Of a DNA stretch of 64,000 nucleotides, positions 12,071-29,800 are shown piece by piece. Positions within the stretch are counted from its first letter, which is position 1. Each line of letters opens with the position of its first letter. Under the pieces are notes generated by a model. It did not search any database. It saw nothing but the letters and a program-made list of their open reading frames with translations, and had not been told where the DNA came from. The DNA is from Eledone cirrhosa (lineage: Eukaryota). The stretch covers positions 46,252,001 through 46,316,000 of the forward strand of contig OZ024742.1 of NCBI GenBank assembly GCA_964016885.1, written 5' to 3'. The position numbers and the translations under genes were made by a program.

Positions 12071-14833
12071 GAAAAAAGAAAACAACAACATCAACAAGAA
12101 AAAAGAAAACAACACCATTAACAACAACAACAACAGCAAGAAAAAAGAAAACAACAACATTAACAACAAACAACATCAACAAGAAAAAAGAAAACAACAA
12201 CAACATTAACAACAACAACACCATTAACAACAACAACAACAACATCAACAAGAAAAAACAAAATGACAACATTAACAACAACATCAACAAGAAAAAAGAA
12301 AACAACATTAACAACAACAACATCAACATCAACATCAACAAGAAAAAAGAAAACAAAACCATAAACAACAACAACATCATCAACAACAACATCAACAAGA
12401 AAAAAGAAAACAACAACATTAACAACAAACAACATCAACAAGAAAAAAGAAAACAACACCATTAACAACAACAATGACATCAAAAATAAAAATAAAACAA
12501 CATTAACAACAACAACATCAACAAGAAAAAACAAAACAACAACATTAACAACAACATCAACAAGAAAAAAGAAATCAACACCATAAACAACAACAACAAC
12601 ATCAACATCAACAAGAAAAAAAGCAAACAACAACATTAACAACAACAACATCAACAAGAAAAAAGAAAACAACACCATTAACAACAACAACAATGACATC
12701 AAAAATAAAAATAAAACAACATCAACGAGAAAAAACAAAACAACAACATTAACAACAACAACAACATCAACAAGAAAAAAGAAAACAACAACATTAACAA
12801 CAACTACATAAACATCAACAAGAAAAAAGAAAACAACAACCATAAACAACAACAACAACAACATCAACAAGAAAAAAGAAAACAACAACAAAAACATCAA
12901 CAAGAAAAAAGAAAACAACAACATTAACAACAACAACATCAACAAGAAAAACGAAAACAACAACATTAACAACAACAACATCAACATCAACAAGAAAAAA
13001 GAAAACAACACCATTAACAACGACAACAACAACAACAATAAGAAAAAAGAAAACAACAACATTAACAACAACAACATAAACATCAACAAGGAAAAAAATA
13101 AAACAACACCATTAACAACAACAACAGCAATAACATCAACAAGAAAAAGAAAACAACATAACAACAACAACATCAACAAGAAAAAAGAAACAACAACATT
13201 AGCAACAACAACATCAACAAGAAAAAAAGAAAACAACAACATTAACAACAACAACAACATCAACAAGAAAAACGAAAACAACACAATTAACAACAACAAC
13301 ATCAACAAGAAAAAAGAAAACAACAACATTAAAAACAACAACAACAACATCAACATCAACAAGAAAAAAGAAAAACAACAACAACATTAACAACAACAAC
13401 ACCATTAACAACAACAACAACAACATCAACAAGAAAAAAGAAAACAACATTAACAACAACAACATCAACATCAACATCAACAAGAAAAAAGAAAACAACA
13501 CCATAAACAACAACAACATCAACAAGAAAAAAGAAAACAACATTAACATCATCATCAACAACATCAACAAGAAAAAAGAAAACAACAACATTAACAACAA
13601 ACAACATCAACAAGAAAAAACAAAACAACAACATTAACAACAACAACATCAACAAGAAAAAAAAAACAACAACATTAACAACAACAACATAAACATCAAC
13701 AAGAAAAAAGAAAACAACAACCATAAACAACAAGAACAACAACATCAACAAGAAAAAAGAAAAAAACAACATTAACAACAACATCAAGAAGAAAAAAGAA
13801 AACAACAACATTAACAACTACAACATCAACATCAACAAGATAAAAGAAAACAACACCATTAACAACGACAACAGCAACAACAATAAGAAAAAAGAAAACA
13901 ACATTAACAACAACAACATAAACATCAACAAGAAAAAAGATAACAACACCATAAACAACAACAAAACCATCAACAAGAAAAAAAAGACAACAACATTAAC
14001 AACAACAACATCAACAAGAAAAAAGAAAAAAACATTAACAACAACAACATTAACATCAACAAGAAAAAATAAAAAAACACCATTAACAACAACAACAACA
14101 ACAACAACATACAACAAGAAAAAAAGAAAACAACAACATAAAACAACAACATCAACATCAACATCAACAAGAAAAAAGAAAACGACTCCATAAACAACAA
14201 CAACATCAACAAGAAAATAGAAAACAACAACATTAACAACAACAACATAAAAAGAAAAAACAAAACAACAACATTAACAACAACAACAACATCAACAACA
14301 AAAAAGAAAACAACTACAACAACAACATCAACAAGAAAAAAGAAAACAACACCATTAACAACAACAACAACATCAACAAGAAAAAAGAAAACAACATTAA
14401 CAACATCATCAACAACAACATCAATAAGAAAAAAGAAAACAACAACATTAACAACAAACAACATCAACAAGAAAAAAGAAAACAACACCATTAACAACCA
14501 CAACAATGACATCAAAAATAAAAATAAAACAACATTAACAACAACAACATCAACAAGAAAAAACAAAACAACATCAACAAGAAAAAAGAAAACAACACCA
14601 TTAACAACGACAACAGCAACAACAATAAGAAAAAAGAAAACAACAACATTAACAACAACAACATAAACATCAACAAGAAAAAAGAAAACAACACCATAAA
14701 CAACAACAAAACCATCAACAAGAAAAAAAAGAAAACAACATTAACAACAACAACATCAACAAGAAAAAAGAAAAAAAACATTAACAACAACAACAACATT
14801 AACACCAACAAGGAAAAATAAAAAAACACCATT

Positions 14834-14874
<41 letters not shown>

Positions 14875-17800
14875 GAAAAAAAGAAAACAACAACATAAAA
14901 CAACAACATCAACATCAACATCAACAAGAAAAAAGAAAACGACACCATAAACAACAACAACAACAACATCAACAAGAAAATAGAAAACAACAACATTAAC
15001 AACAACATAAAAAGAAAAAAACAAAACAACAACATTAACAACAACAACAACATCAACAACAAAAAAGAAAACAACTACAACAACAACATCAACAAGAAAA
15101 AAGAAAACAACACCATTAACAACAACAACAACAAGAAAAAAGAAAACAACAACATTAACAACAAACAACATCAACAAGAAAAAAGAAATCAACACCATAA
15201 ACAACAACAACAACATGAACATCAACAAGAAAAAAGAAAACAACAACATTAACAACAACAACATCAACAAGAAAAAACAAAACAACAACATTAACAACAA
15301 CAACATCAACAAGAAAAAAAGAAAACATTAACAAGAACAACATCAACAAGAAAAAACAAAACAACAACATTAACAACATCAACAAGAAAAAAGAAAACAA
15401 CACCATAAACAACAACAACAACATCAACAAGATAAAGAAAACAACAACATTAACAACATCATCAACAACAACATCAACAACAAAAAAGAAAACAACAACA
15501 TTAACAACAACATCAACAAGAAAAAAGAAAACAACAACAATGACCTCAAAAATAAAAAGAAAACAACATTAACAACAACAACATCAACAAGAAAAAACAA
15601 AACAACATTAACAACAACAACAACATCAACAAGAAAAAAGAAAACAACACCATTACCAACAACAACAACAAGAAAAAAGAAAACAACAACATCAACAATT
15701 AAAACGAAAACAACAACATTAACAACAACATCAACAAGAAAAAAGAAAAAAAAACAACAACAACATCAACAAAAAAAATGAAAACAACACCATTAACAAC
15801 AACAACATCAACAAGAAAAAAGAAAACAACAACATTAACAACAACATCAACATGAACATCAACAAGAAAAAAGAAAACAACACCATAAACAACAACAACA
15901 ACATCAACAAGAAAAAAGAAAACAACAACATTAACAACAACAACATCAACAAGAAAAAAGAAAACAACACCATTAACAACAACATCAACAAGAACAAAGA
16001 AAACAACAACATTAACAACAACAACAACATCAACAAGAAAAAACAAAACAACAACATTAACAACAACAACATCAACAAGAAAAACGAAAACAACAGCATT
16101 AACAACAACATCAACAAGAACAAAGAAAACAACATTAACAACAACGTCAACAAGAAAAAAGAAAACAACAACATTAACAACAACAACACCATCAACAAAA
16201 AAAAAAGAAAAAAACAATATTAACAACAACAAGAAAAAACAAAAAAACATTAACAACTACAACAACATCAACAAGAAAAAATACAACAACAGCAACAACA
16301 TCAACAAGAAAAAACAAAACAACAACATTAACAACAACAACATCAACAAGAAAAAAGAAAATAACAACAACATTAACAACAACAACAACACCATTAACAA
16401 CAACAACAATATCAAGAAGAAAAAAGAAAACAACAACATTAACAACAACATCAGCATCATCATCAACAAGAAAAAAGAAAACAACACCATAAACAACCAC
16501 AACAACATCAACAAGAAAAAACAAAACAACAACATTAACAACAACAACAACACCATTAACAACAACAACAACATCAACAAGAAAAAACAAAACAACAACA
16601 TTAACAACAACAATATCAACAAGAAAAAAGAAAACAACAATATTAACAACAACACCATTAACAACAACAACAAAACCAACAAGAAAAAACAAAACAACAA
16701 CATTAATAACAACAATATCATCAAGAAAAAAGAAAACAACAACATTAACAACAACATAAACATCAACATCAACATCAACAAGAAAAAAGAAAACAACACC
16801 ATAAACAACAACAACATCAACAAGTAAAAAGAAAACAACAACATTAACAACAACATCAACATGAACATCAACAAGAAAAAAGAAAACAACACCATAAACA
16901 ACAACAACAACATCAACAAGAAAAAACAAAACAACATCAACAAGAAAAAAGAAAACATGGCCATTAACAACAACAACACCAACAAGAAAAACGAAAACAA
17001 CAACATTAACAACAACAACATCAACAAGAAAAAAGAAAACAACACCATTAACAACAACATCAACAAGAACAAAGAAAACAACATTAACGACAACATCAAC
17101 AAGAAAAAAGGAAACAACAACATTAACAACAACACATCAACAAAAAAAAAGAAAAAATAACATTAACAACAACAAGAAAAAAGAAAAAAACATTAACAAC
17201 TAGAACAAAACAACATCAACAAGAAAAAAAACAACATTAACAACAACATCAACAACAACATCAACAAGAAAAAACAAAACAACACTATAAACAACAACAG
17301 CAACAACAACATCAACAAGAAAAAACAAACAACAAGAAAAAAGAAAACAACAACAACATTAACAACAACAACAACACCATTAACAACAACAACAATATCA
17401 AGAAGAAAAAAGAAAACAACAACATTAACAACAACATCAACATCAACATCAACAAGAAAAAAGAAAACAACACCATAAACAACAACATCAACAAGAAAAA
17501 ACAAAACAACAACATTAACAACAACAACATCAACAAGAAAAAAGAAAACAACACCATTAACAACAACATCAACAAGAACAAAGAAAACAACATTAACAAC
17601 AACATCAACAAGAAAAAAGAAAACAACAACATTAACAACAACAACATCAACAATTAAAACGAAAACAACAGCATTAACAACAACATCAACAAGAAAAAAG
17701 AAAAAAAAACAACAACAACATCAACAAAAAAAATGAAAACAACACCATTAACAACAACAACATCAACAAGAACAAAGAAAACAACATCAACAAGAAAAAA

Positions 17801-20800
17801 GAAAACAACATTAACAACAACAACATCAACAAGAAAAAACAAAACAACAACATTAACAACAACAACATCAACAAGAAAAACGAAAAGAACAACATTAACA
17901 ACAACAACAACATCAACAAGAAAAAAGAAAAAAACAACATTAACAACAACAACAGCAATAACATCAACAAGAAAAAGAAAACAACATTAAAAACAACAAC
18001 AACATCAACAAGAAAAAAGAAAACAACAACATTAACAACAACAGCAATAACATCAACAAGAAAAAGAAAACAACATTAAAAACAACAACAACATCAACAA
18101 GAAAAAGGAAAACAACAACATTAGCAACAACAACATCAACAGGAAAAAAGAAAACAACAACATTAACAACAACAACATCAACAACATCAACAAGAAAAAC
18201 GAAAACAACACCATTAACAGCAACAACATCAACAAGAAAAAAGAAAACAACAACATTAACAGCAACAACAACAACTACAACATCAAAAAGAAAAAAGAAA
18301 AACAATAACAACATTAACAACAACAACACTATTAACAACAACAACAACAGCAACATCAACAAGAAAAAAGAAAACAACAACCATAAACAACAACAACAAC
18401 AACACCATTAACAACAACAACAATATCAAGAAGAAAAAAGAAAACAACAATATTAACAACAACATCAGCATCATCATCAACAAGAAAAAAGAAAACAACA
18501 CCATAAACAACCACAACAACATCAACAAGAAAAAACAAAACAACAACATTAACAACAACAATATCAACAAGAAAAAATAAAACAACAATATTAACAACAA
18601 CACCATTAACAACAACAACAAAACCAACAAGAAAAAACAAAACAACAACATTAATAACAACAATATCAACAAGAAAAAAGAAAACAACAACATTAACAAC
18701 AACATCAACAAGAAAAAAGAAAACAACATCATTAACAACAACATCAACATGAACATCAAAAAGAAAAAAGAAAACAACACCATAAACAACAACAACAACA
18801 TCAACAAGAAAAAACAAAACAACAACATTAACAAGAAAAAAGAAAACAACAACAACATTAACAACAACAACAACACCATTAACAACAACAACATCAACAT
18901 CAACAAGAAAAAAGAAAACAACACCATTAACAACAACATCAACAAGAACAAAGAAAACAACATTAACGACAACATCAACAAGAAAAAAGGAAACAACAAC
19001 ATTAACAACAACACATCAACAAAAAAAAAGAAAAAATAACATTAACAACAACAAGAAAAAAGAAAAAAACATTAACAACTAGAACAACAACAACATCAAC
19101 AAGAAAAAAAACAACATTAACAACAACATCAACAACAACATCAACAAGAAAAAAGAAAACAACACTATAAACAACAACAGCAACAACAACATCAACAAGA
19201 AAAAACAAACAACAAGAAAAAAGAAAACAACAACAACATTAACAACAACAACAACAACACCATTAACAACAACAACAATATCAAGAAGAAAAAAGAAAAC
19301 AACAACATTAACAACAACATCAACATCAACATCAACAAGAAAAAAGAAAACAACACCATAAACAACAACAACATCAACAAGAAAAAACAAAACAACAACA
19401 TTAACAACAACAACATCAACAAGAAAAAAGAAAACAACACCATTAACAACAACATCAACAAGAACAAAGAAAACAACATTAACAACAACATCAACAAGAA
19501 AAAAGAAAACAACAACATTAACAACAACAACATCAACAATTAAAACGAAAACAACAACATTAACAACAACATCAACAAGAAAAAAGAAAAAAAAACAACA
19601 ACAACATCAACAAAAAAAATGAAAACAACACCATTAACAACAACATCAACAAGAAAAAAGAAAACAACACCATTAACAACAACATCAACAAGAACAAAGA
19701 AAACAACATTAACAACAACATCAACAAGAAAAAAGAAAACAACATTAACAACAACAACATCAACAAGAAAAAAGAAAACAACAACATTAACAACAACAAC
19801 AACATCAACAAGAAAAAACAAAACAACAACATTAACAACAACAACAACATCAACAAGAAAAACGAAAAGAACAACATTAACAACAACAACAACATCAACA
19901 AGAAAAAAGAAAAAAACAACATTAACAACAACAATATCAAGAAGAAAAAAGAAAAAAACATTAACAACTACAACATCAACATCATCAAGAAAAAAGAAAA
20001 CAACACGATTAACAACGACAACAACAACAACAATAAGAAAAAAGAAAACAACAACATTAACAACAACAACAAAAACATCAACAAGAAAAAAGAAAAAAAA
20101 CACCATTAACAACAACAACAGCAATAACATCAACAAGAAAAAGAAAACAACATTAAAAACAACAACAACATCAACAAGGAAAAAGAAAACAACAACATTA
20201 GCAACAACAACATCAACAGGAAAAAAGAAAACAACAACATTAACAACAACAACATCAACAACATCAACAAGAAAAACGAAAACAACACCATTAACAACAA
20301 CAACATCAACAAGAAAAAAGAAAACAACAACATTAACAGCAACAACAACAACTACAACATCAACAAGAAAAAAGAAAAACAATAACAACATTAACAACAA
20401 CAACAACACCATTAACAACAACAACAACAGCAACATCAACAAGAAAAAAGAAAACAACAACCATAAACAACAACAACAAGAACATCAACAAGAAAAAAGA
20501 AAACAACAACATTAACAACAACATCAACAAGAAAAACGAAAACAACAACATTAACAACAACAACATCAACAAGAAAAAAGAAATAAACAACATTAACAAC
20601 AACAACATCAAGAAGAAAAAAGAAAAAAAAACATTAACAACTACATCAACATCAAAAAGAAAAAAGAAAACAACACCATAAACAACAACAACAACATCAA
20701 CAAGAAAAAAGAAAACAACAACATTAACAACAACAACATCAACAAGAAAAAAGAAAACAACAGCATTAACACAACATCAACAAGAACAAAGAAAACAACA

Positions 20801-23800
20801 TTAACAACAACGTCAACAAGAAAAAAGAAAACAACAACATTAACAACAACAACACCATCAACAAAAAAAAAGAAAAAAACAACATTAACAACAACAAGAA
20901 AAAACAAAAAAACATTAACAACTACAACAACATCAACAAGAAAAAATACAACAACAGCAACAACATCAACAAGAAAAAACAAAACAACAACATTAACAAC
21001 AACAACATCAACAAGAAAAAAGAAAATAACAACAACATTAACAACAACAACAACACCATTAACAACAACAACAATATCAAGAAGAAAAAAGAAAACAACA
21101 ATATTAACAACAACATCAGCATCATCATCAACAAGAAAAAAGAAAACAACACCGTAAACAACCACAACAACATGAACAAGAAAAAACAAAACAACAACAT
21201 TAACAACAACAATATCAACAAGAAAAAATAAAACAACAATATTAACAACAACACCATTAACAACAACAACAAAACCAACAAGAAAAAACAAAACAACAAC
21301 ATTAATAACAACAATATCAACAAGAAAAAAGAAAACAACAACATTAACAACAACATCAACAAGAAAAAAGAAAACAACATCATTAACAACAACATCAACA
21401 TGAACATCAAAAAGAAAAAAGAAAACAACACCATAAACAACAACAACAACATCAACAAGAAAAAACAAAACAACAACATTAACAAGAAAAAAGAAAACAA
21501 CAACAACATTAACAACAACAACAACACCATTAACAACAACAACATCAACATCAACAAGAAAAAAGAAAACAACACCATTAACAACAACATCAACAAGAAC
21601 AAAGAAAACAACATTAACGACAACATCAACAAGAAAAAAGGAAACAACAACATTAACAACAACACATCAACAAAAAAAAAGAAAAAATAACATTAACAAC
21701 AACAAGAAAAAAGAAAAAAACATTAACAACTAGAACAACAACAACATCAACAAGAAAAAAAACAACATTAACAACAACATCAACAACAACATCAACAAGA
21801 AAAAAGAAAACAACACTATAAACAACAACAGCAACAACAACATCAACAAGAAAAAACAAACAACAAGAAAAAAGAAAACAACAACAACATTAACAACAAC
21901 AACAACAACACCATTAACAACAACAACAATATCAAGAAGAAAAAAGAAAACAACAACATTAACAACAACATCAACATCAACATCAACAAGAAAAAAGAAA
22001 ACAACACCATAAACAACAACAACATCAACAAGAAAAAACAAAACAACAACATTAACAACAACAACATCAACAAGAAAAAAGAAAACAACACCATTAACAA
22101 CAACATCAACAAGAACAAAGAAAACAACATTAACAACAACATCAACAAGAAAAAAGAAAACAACAACATTAACAACAACAACATCAACAATTAAAACGAA
22201 AACAACAACATTAACAACAACATCAACAAGAAAAAAGAAAAAAAAACAACAACAACATCAACAAAAAAAATGAAAACAACACCATTAACAACAACATCAA
22301 CAAGAAAAAAGAAAACAACACCATTAACAACAACATCAACAAGAACAAAGAAAACAACATTAACAACAACATCAACAAGAAAAAAGAAAACAACATTAAC
22401 AACAACAACATCAACAAGAAAAAAGAAAACAACAACATTAACAACAACAACAACATCAACAAGAAAAAACAAAACAACAACATTAACAACAACAACAACA
22501 TCAACAAGAAAAACGAAAAGAACAACATTAACAACAACAACAACATCAACAAGAAAAAAGAAAAAAACAACATTAACAACAACAATATCAAGAAGAAAAA
22601 AGAAAAAAACATTAACAACTACAACATCAACATCATCAAGAAAAAAGAAAACAACACGATTAACAACGACAACAACAACAACAATAAGAAAAAAGAAAAC
22701 AACAACATTAACAACAACAACAAAAACATCAACAAGAAAAAAGAAAAAAAACACCATTAACAACAACAACAGCAATAACATCAACAAGAAAAAGAAAACA
22801 ACATTAAAAACAACAACAACATCAACAAGGAAAAAGAAAACAACAACATTAGCAACAACAACATCAACAGGAAAAAAGAAAACAACAACATTAACAACAA
22901 CAACATCAACAACATCAACAAGAAAAACGAAAACAACACCATTAACAACAACAACATCAACAAGAAAAAAGAAAACAACAACCATAAACAACAACAACAA
23001 CAACATCAATAAGAAAAAAGAAAACAACAACATTAACAACAACAACATCAACAAGAAAAACCAAAACAACAACATTAACAACAACAACATCAACAAGAAA
23101 AAAGAAAAAAACAACATTAACAACAACAACATCAAGAAGAAAAAAAACATTAACAACTACATCAACATCAACAAGAAAAAAGAAAACAACACCATTAACA
23201 ACGACAACAGCAACAACAATAAGAAAAAAGAAAACAACAACATTAACAACATAAACATCAACAAGAAAAAAGAAAACAACACCATAAACAACAACAACAA
23301 CATCAACAAGAAAAAAGAAAACAACAACATTAACAACAACAACATCAACAAGAAAAAAGAAAACAACAGCATTAACAACAACATCAACAAGAACAAAGAA
23401 AACAACATTAACAACAACGTCAACAAGAAAAAAGAAAACAACAACATTAACAACAACAACACCATCAACAAAAAAAAAGAAAAAAACAACATTAACAACA
23501 ACAAGAAAAAACAAAAAAACATTAACAACTACAACAACATCAACAAGAAAAAATACAACAACAGCAACAACATCAACAAGAAAAAACAAAACAACAACAT
23601 TAACAACAACAACATCAACAAGAAAAAAGAAAATAACAACAACATTAACAACAACAACAATATCAAGAAGAAAAAAGAAAACAACAATATTAACAACAAC
23701 ATCAGCATCATCATCAACAAGAAAAAAGAAAACAACACCATAAACAACCACAACAACACCAACAAGAAAAAACAAAACAACAACATTAACAACAACAATA

Positions 23801-26800
23801 TCAACAAGAAAAAATAAAACAACAATATTAACAACAACACCATTAACAACAACAACAAAACCAACAAGAAAAAACAAAACAACAACATTAATAACAACAA
23901 TATCAACAAGAAAAAAGAAAACAACAACATTAACAACAACATCAACAAGAAAAAAGAAAACAACATCATTAACAACAACATCAACATGAACATCAAAAAG
24001 AAAAAAGAAAACAACACCATAAACAACAACAACAACATCAACAAGAAAAAACAAAACAACAACATTAACAAGAAAAAAGAAAACAACAACAACATTAACA
24101 ACAACAACAACACCATTAACAACAACAACATCAACATCAACAAGAAAAAAGAAAACAACACCATTAACAACAACATCAACAAGAACAAAGAAAACAACAT
24201 TAACGACAACATCAACAAGAAAAAAGGAAACAACAACATTAACAACAACACATCAACAAAAAAAAAGAAAAAATAACATTAACAACAACAAGAAAAAAGA
24301 AAAAAACATTAACAACTAGAACAACAACAACATCAACAAGAAAAAAAACAACATTAACAACAACATCAACAACAACATCAACAAGAAAAAAGAAAACAAC
24401 ACTATAAACAACAACAGCAACAACAACATCAACAAGAAAAAACAAACAACAAGAAAAAAGAAAACAACAACAACATTAACAACAACAACAACAACACCAT
24501 TAACAACAACAACAATATCAAGAAGAAAAAAGAAAACAACAACATTAACAACAACATCAACATCAACATCAACAAGAAAAAAGAAAACAACACCATAAAC
24601 AACAACAACATCAACAAGAAAAAACAAAACAACAACATTAACAACAACAACATCAACAAGAAAAAAGAAAACAACACCATTAACAACAACATCAACAAGA
24701 ACAAAGAAAACAACATTAACAACAACATCAACAAGAAAAAAGAAAACAACAACATTAACAACAACAACATCAACAATTAAAACGAAAACAACAACATTAA
24801 CAACAACATCAACAAGAAAAAAGAAAAAAAAACAACAACAACATCAACAAAAAAAATGAAAACAACACCATTAACAACAACATCAACAAGAAAAAAGAAA
24901 ACAACACCATTAACAACAACATCAACAAGAACAAAGAAAACAACATTAACAACAACATCAACAAGAAAAAAGAAAACAACATTAACAACAACAACATCAA
25001 CAAGAAAAAAGAAAACAACAACATTAACAACAACAACAACATCAACAAGAAAAAACAAAACAACAACATTAACAACAACAACAACATCAACAAGAAAAAC
25101 GAAAAGAACAACATTAACAACAACAACAACATCAACAAGAAAAAAGAAAAAAACAACATTAACAACAACAATATCAAGAAGAAAAAAGAAAAAAACATTA
25201 ACAACTACAACATCAACATCATCAAGAAAAAAGAAAACAACACGATTAACAACGACAACAACAACAACAATAAGAAAAAAGAAAACAACAACATTAACAA
25301 CAACAACAAAAACATCAACAAGAAAAAAGAAAAAAAACACCATTAACAACAACAACAGCAATAACATCAACAAGAAAAAGAAAACAACATTAAAAACAAC
25401 AACAACATCAACAAGGAAAAAGAAAACAACAACATTAGCAACAACAACATCAACAGGAAAAAAGAAAACAACAACATTAACAACAACAACATCAACAACA
25501 TCAACAAGAAAAACGAAAACAACACCATTAACAACAACAACATCAACAAGAAAAAAGAAAACAACAACCATAAACAACAACAACAAATACATCAATAAGA
25601 AAAAAGAAAACAACAACATTAACAACAACAACATCAACAAGAAAAACGAAAACAACAACATTAACAACAACAACATCAACAAGAAAAAAGAAAAAAACAA
25701 CATTAACAACAACAACATCAAGAAGAAAAAAAAACATTAACAACTACATCAACATCAACAAGAAAAAAGAAAACAACACCATTAACAACGACAACAGCAA
25801 CAACAATAAGAAAAAAGAAAACAACAACATTAACAACATAAACATCAACAAGAAAAAAGAAAACAACACCATAAACAACAACAACAACATCAACAAGAAA
25901 AAAGAAAACAACAACATTAACAACAACAACATCAACAAGAAAAAAGAAAACAACAGCATTAACAACAACATCAACAAGAACAAAGAAAACAACATTAACA
26001 ACAACGTCAACAAGAAAAAAGAAAACAACAACATTAACAACAACAACACCATCAACAAAAAAAAAGAAAAAAACAACATTAACAACAACAAGAAAAAACA
26101 AAAAAACATTAACAACTACAACAACATCAACAAGAAAAAATACAACAACAGCAACAACATCAACAAGAAAAAACAAAACAACAACATTAACAACAACAAC
26201 ATCAACAAGAAAAAAGAAAATAACAACAACATTAACAACAACAACAACACCATTAACAACAACAACAATATCAAGAAGAAAAAAGAAAACAACAATATTA
26301 ACAACAACATCAGCATCATCATCAACAAGAAAAAAGAAAACAACACCATAAACAACCACAACAACACCAACAAGAAAAAACAAAACAACAACATTAACAA
26401 CAACAATATCAACAAGAAAAAATAAAACAACAATATTAACAACAACACCATTAACAACAACAACAAAACCAACAAGAAAAAACAAAACAACAACATTAAT
26501 AACAACAATATCAACAAGAAAAAAGAAAACAACAACATTAACAACAACATCAACAAGAAAAAAGAAAACAACATCATTAACAACAACATCAACATGAACA
26601 TCAAAAAGAAAAAAGAAAACAACACCATAAACAACAACAACAACATCAACAAGAAAAAACAAAACAACAACATTAACAAGAAAAAAGAAAACAACAACAA
26701 CATTAACAACAACAACAACACCATTAACAACAACAACATCAACATCAACAAGAAAAAAGAAAACAACACCATTAACAACAACATCAACAAGAACAAAGAA

Positions 26801-29800
26801 AACAACATTAACGACAACATCAACAAGAAAAAAGGAAACAACAACATTAACAACAACACATCAACAAAAAAAAAGAAAAAATAACATTAACAACAACAAG
26901 AAAAAAGAAAAAAACATTAACAAGTAGAACAACAACAACATCAACAAGAAAAAAAACAACATTAACAACAACATCAACAACAACATCAACAAGAAAAAAG
27001 AAAACAACACTATAAACAACAACAGCAACAACAACATCAACAAGAAAAAACAAACAACAAGAAAAAAGAAAACAACAACAACATTAACAACAACAACAAC
27101 AACACCATTAACAACAACAACAATATCAAGAAGAAAAAAGAAAACAACAACATTAACAACAACATCAACATCAACATCAACAAGAAAAAAGAAAACAACA
27201 AGAAAAAAGAAAACAACAACAACATTAACAACAACAACAACAACACCATTAACAACAACAACAATATCAACAAGAAAAAATAAAACAACAATATTAACAA
27301 CAACACCATTAACAACAACAACAAAACCAACAAGAAAAAACAAACAACAAGAAAAAAGAAAACAACAACAACATTAACAACAACAACAACAACACCATTA
27401 ACAACAACAACAATATCAAGAAGAAAAAAGAAAACAACAACATTAACAACAACATCAACATCAACATCAACAAGAAAAAAGAAAACAACAAGAAAAAAGA
27501 AAACAACAACAACATTAACAACAACAACAACAACACCATTAACAACAACAACAATATCAACAAGAAAAAACAAAACAACAACATTAACAACAACAACATC
27601 AACAAGAAAAAAGAAAACAACACCATTAACAACAACATCAACAAGAACAAAGAAAACAACATTAACAACAACATCAACAAGAAAAAAGAAAACAACAACA
27701 TTAACAACAACAACATCAACAATTAAAACGAAAACAACAACATTAACAACAACATCAACAAGAAAAAAGAAAAAAAAACAACAACAACATCAACAAAAAA
27801 AATGAAAACAACACCATTAACAACAACATCAACAAGAACAAAGAAAACAACATTAACAACAACATCAACAAGAAAAAAGAAAACAACATTAACAACAACA
27901 ACATCAACAAGAAAAAAGAAAACAACAACATTAACAACAACAACAACATCAACAAGAAAAAACAAAACAACAACATTAACAACAACAACAACATCAACAA
28001 GAAAAACGAAAAGAACAACATTAACAACAACAACAACATCAACAAGAAAAAAGAAAAAAACAACATTAACAACAACAATATCAAGAAGAAAAAAGAAAAA
28101 AACATTAACAACTACAACATCAACATCATCAAGAAAAAAGAAAACAACACGATTAACAACGACAACAACAACAACAATAAGAAAAAAGAAAACAACAACA
28201 TTAACAACAACAACAAAAACATCAACAAGAAAAAAGAAAAAAAACACCATTAACAACAACAACAGCAATAACATCAACAAGAAAAAGAAAACAACATTAA
28301 AAACAACAACAACATCAACAAGGAAAAAGAAAACAACAACATTAGCAACAACAACATCAACAGGAAAAAAGAAAACAACAACATTAACAACAACAACATC
28401 AACAACATCAACAAGAAAAACGAAAACAACACCATTAACAACAACAACATCAACAAGAAAAAAGAAAACAACAACATTAACAGCAACAACAACAACTACA
28501 ACATCAACAAGAAAAAAGAAAAACAATAACAACATTAACAACAACAACATCAAGAAGAAAAAAGAAAAAAAAACATTAACAACTACATCAACATCAAAAA
28601 GAAAAAAGAAAACAACACCATAAACAACAACAACAACATCAACAAGAAAAAAGAAAACAACAACATTAACAACAACAACATCAACAAGAAAAAAGAAAAC
28701 AACAGCATTAACAACAACATCAACAAGAACAAAGAAAACAACATTAACAACAACGTCAACAAGAAAAAAGAAAACAACAACATTAACAACAACAACACCA
28801 TCAACAAAAAAAAAGAAAAAAACAACATTAACAACAACAAGAAAAAACAAAAAACATTAACAACTACAACAACATCAACAAGAAAAAATACAACAACAGC
28901 AACAACATCAACAAGAAAAAACAAAACAACAACATTAACAACAACAACATCAACAAGAAAAAAGAAAATAACAACAACATTAACAACAACAACAACACCA
29001 TTAACAACAACAACAATATCAAGAAGAAAAAAGAAAACAACAATATTAACAACAACATCAGCATCATCATCAACAAGAAAAAAGAAAACAACACCGTAAA
29101 CAACCACAACAACATCAACAAGAAAAAACAAAACAACAACATTAACAACAACAATATCAACAAGAAAAAATAAAACAACAATATTAACAACAACACCATT
29201 AACAACAACAACAAAACCAACAAGAAAAAACAAAACAACAACATTAATAACAATATCAACAAGAAAAAAGAAAACAACAACATTAACAACAACATCAACA
29301 AGAAAAAAGAAAACAACATCATTAACAACAACATCAACATGAACATCAAAAAGAAAAAAGAAAACAACACCATAAACAACAACAACAACATCAACAAGAA
29401 AAAACAAAACAACAACATTAACAAGAAAAAAGAAAACAACAACAACATTAACAACAACAACAACACCATTAACAACAACAACATCAACATCAACAAGAAA
29501 AAAGAAAACAACACCATTAACAACAACATCAACAAGAACAAAGAAAACAACATTAACGACAACATCAACAAGAAAAAAGGAAACAACAACATTAACAACA
29601 ACACATCAACAAAAAAAAAGAAAAAATAACATTAACAACAACAAGAAAAAAGAAAAAAACATTAACAACTAGAACAACAACAACATCAACAAGAAAAAAA
29701 ACAACATTAACAACAACATCAACAACAACATCAACAAGAAAAAAGAAAACAACACTATAAACAACAACAGCAACAACAACATCAACAAGAAAAAACAAAC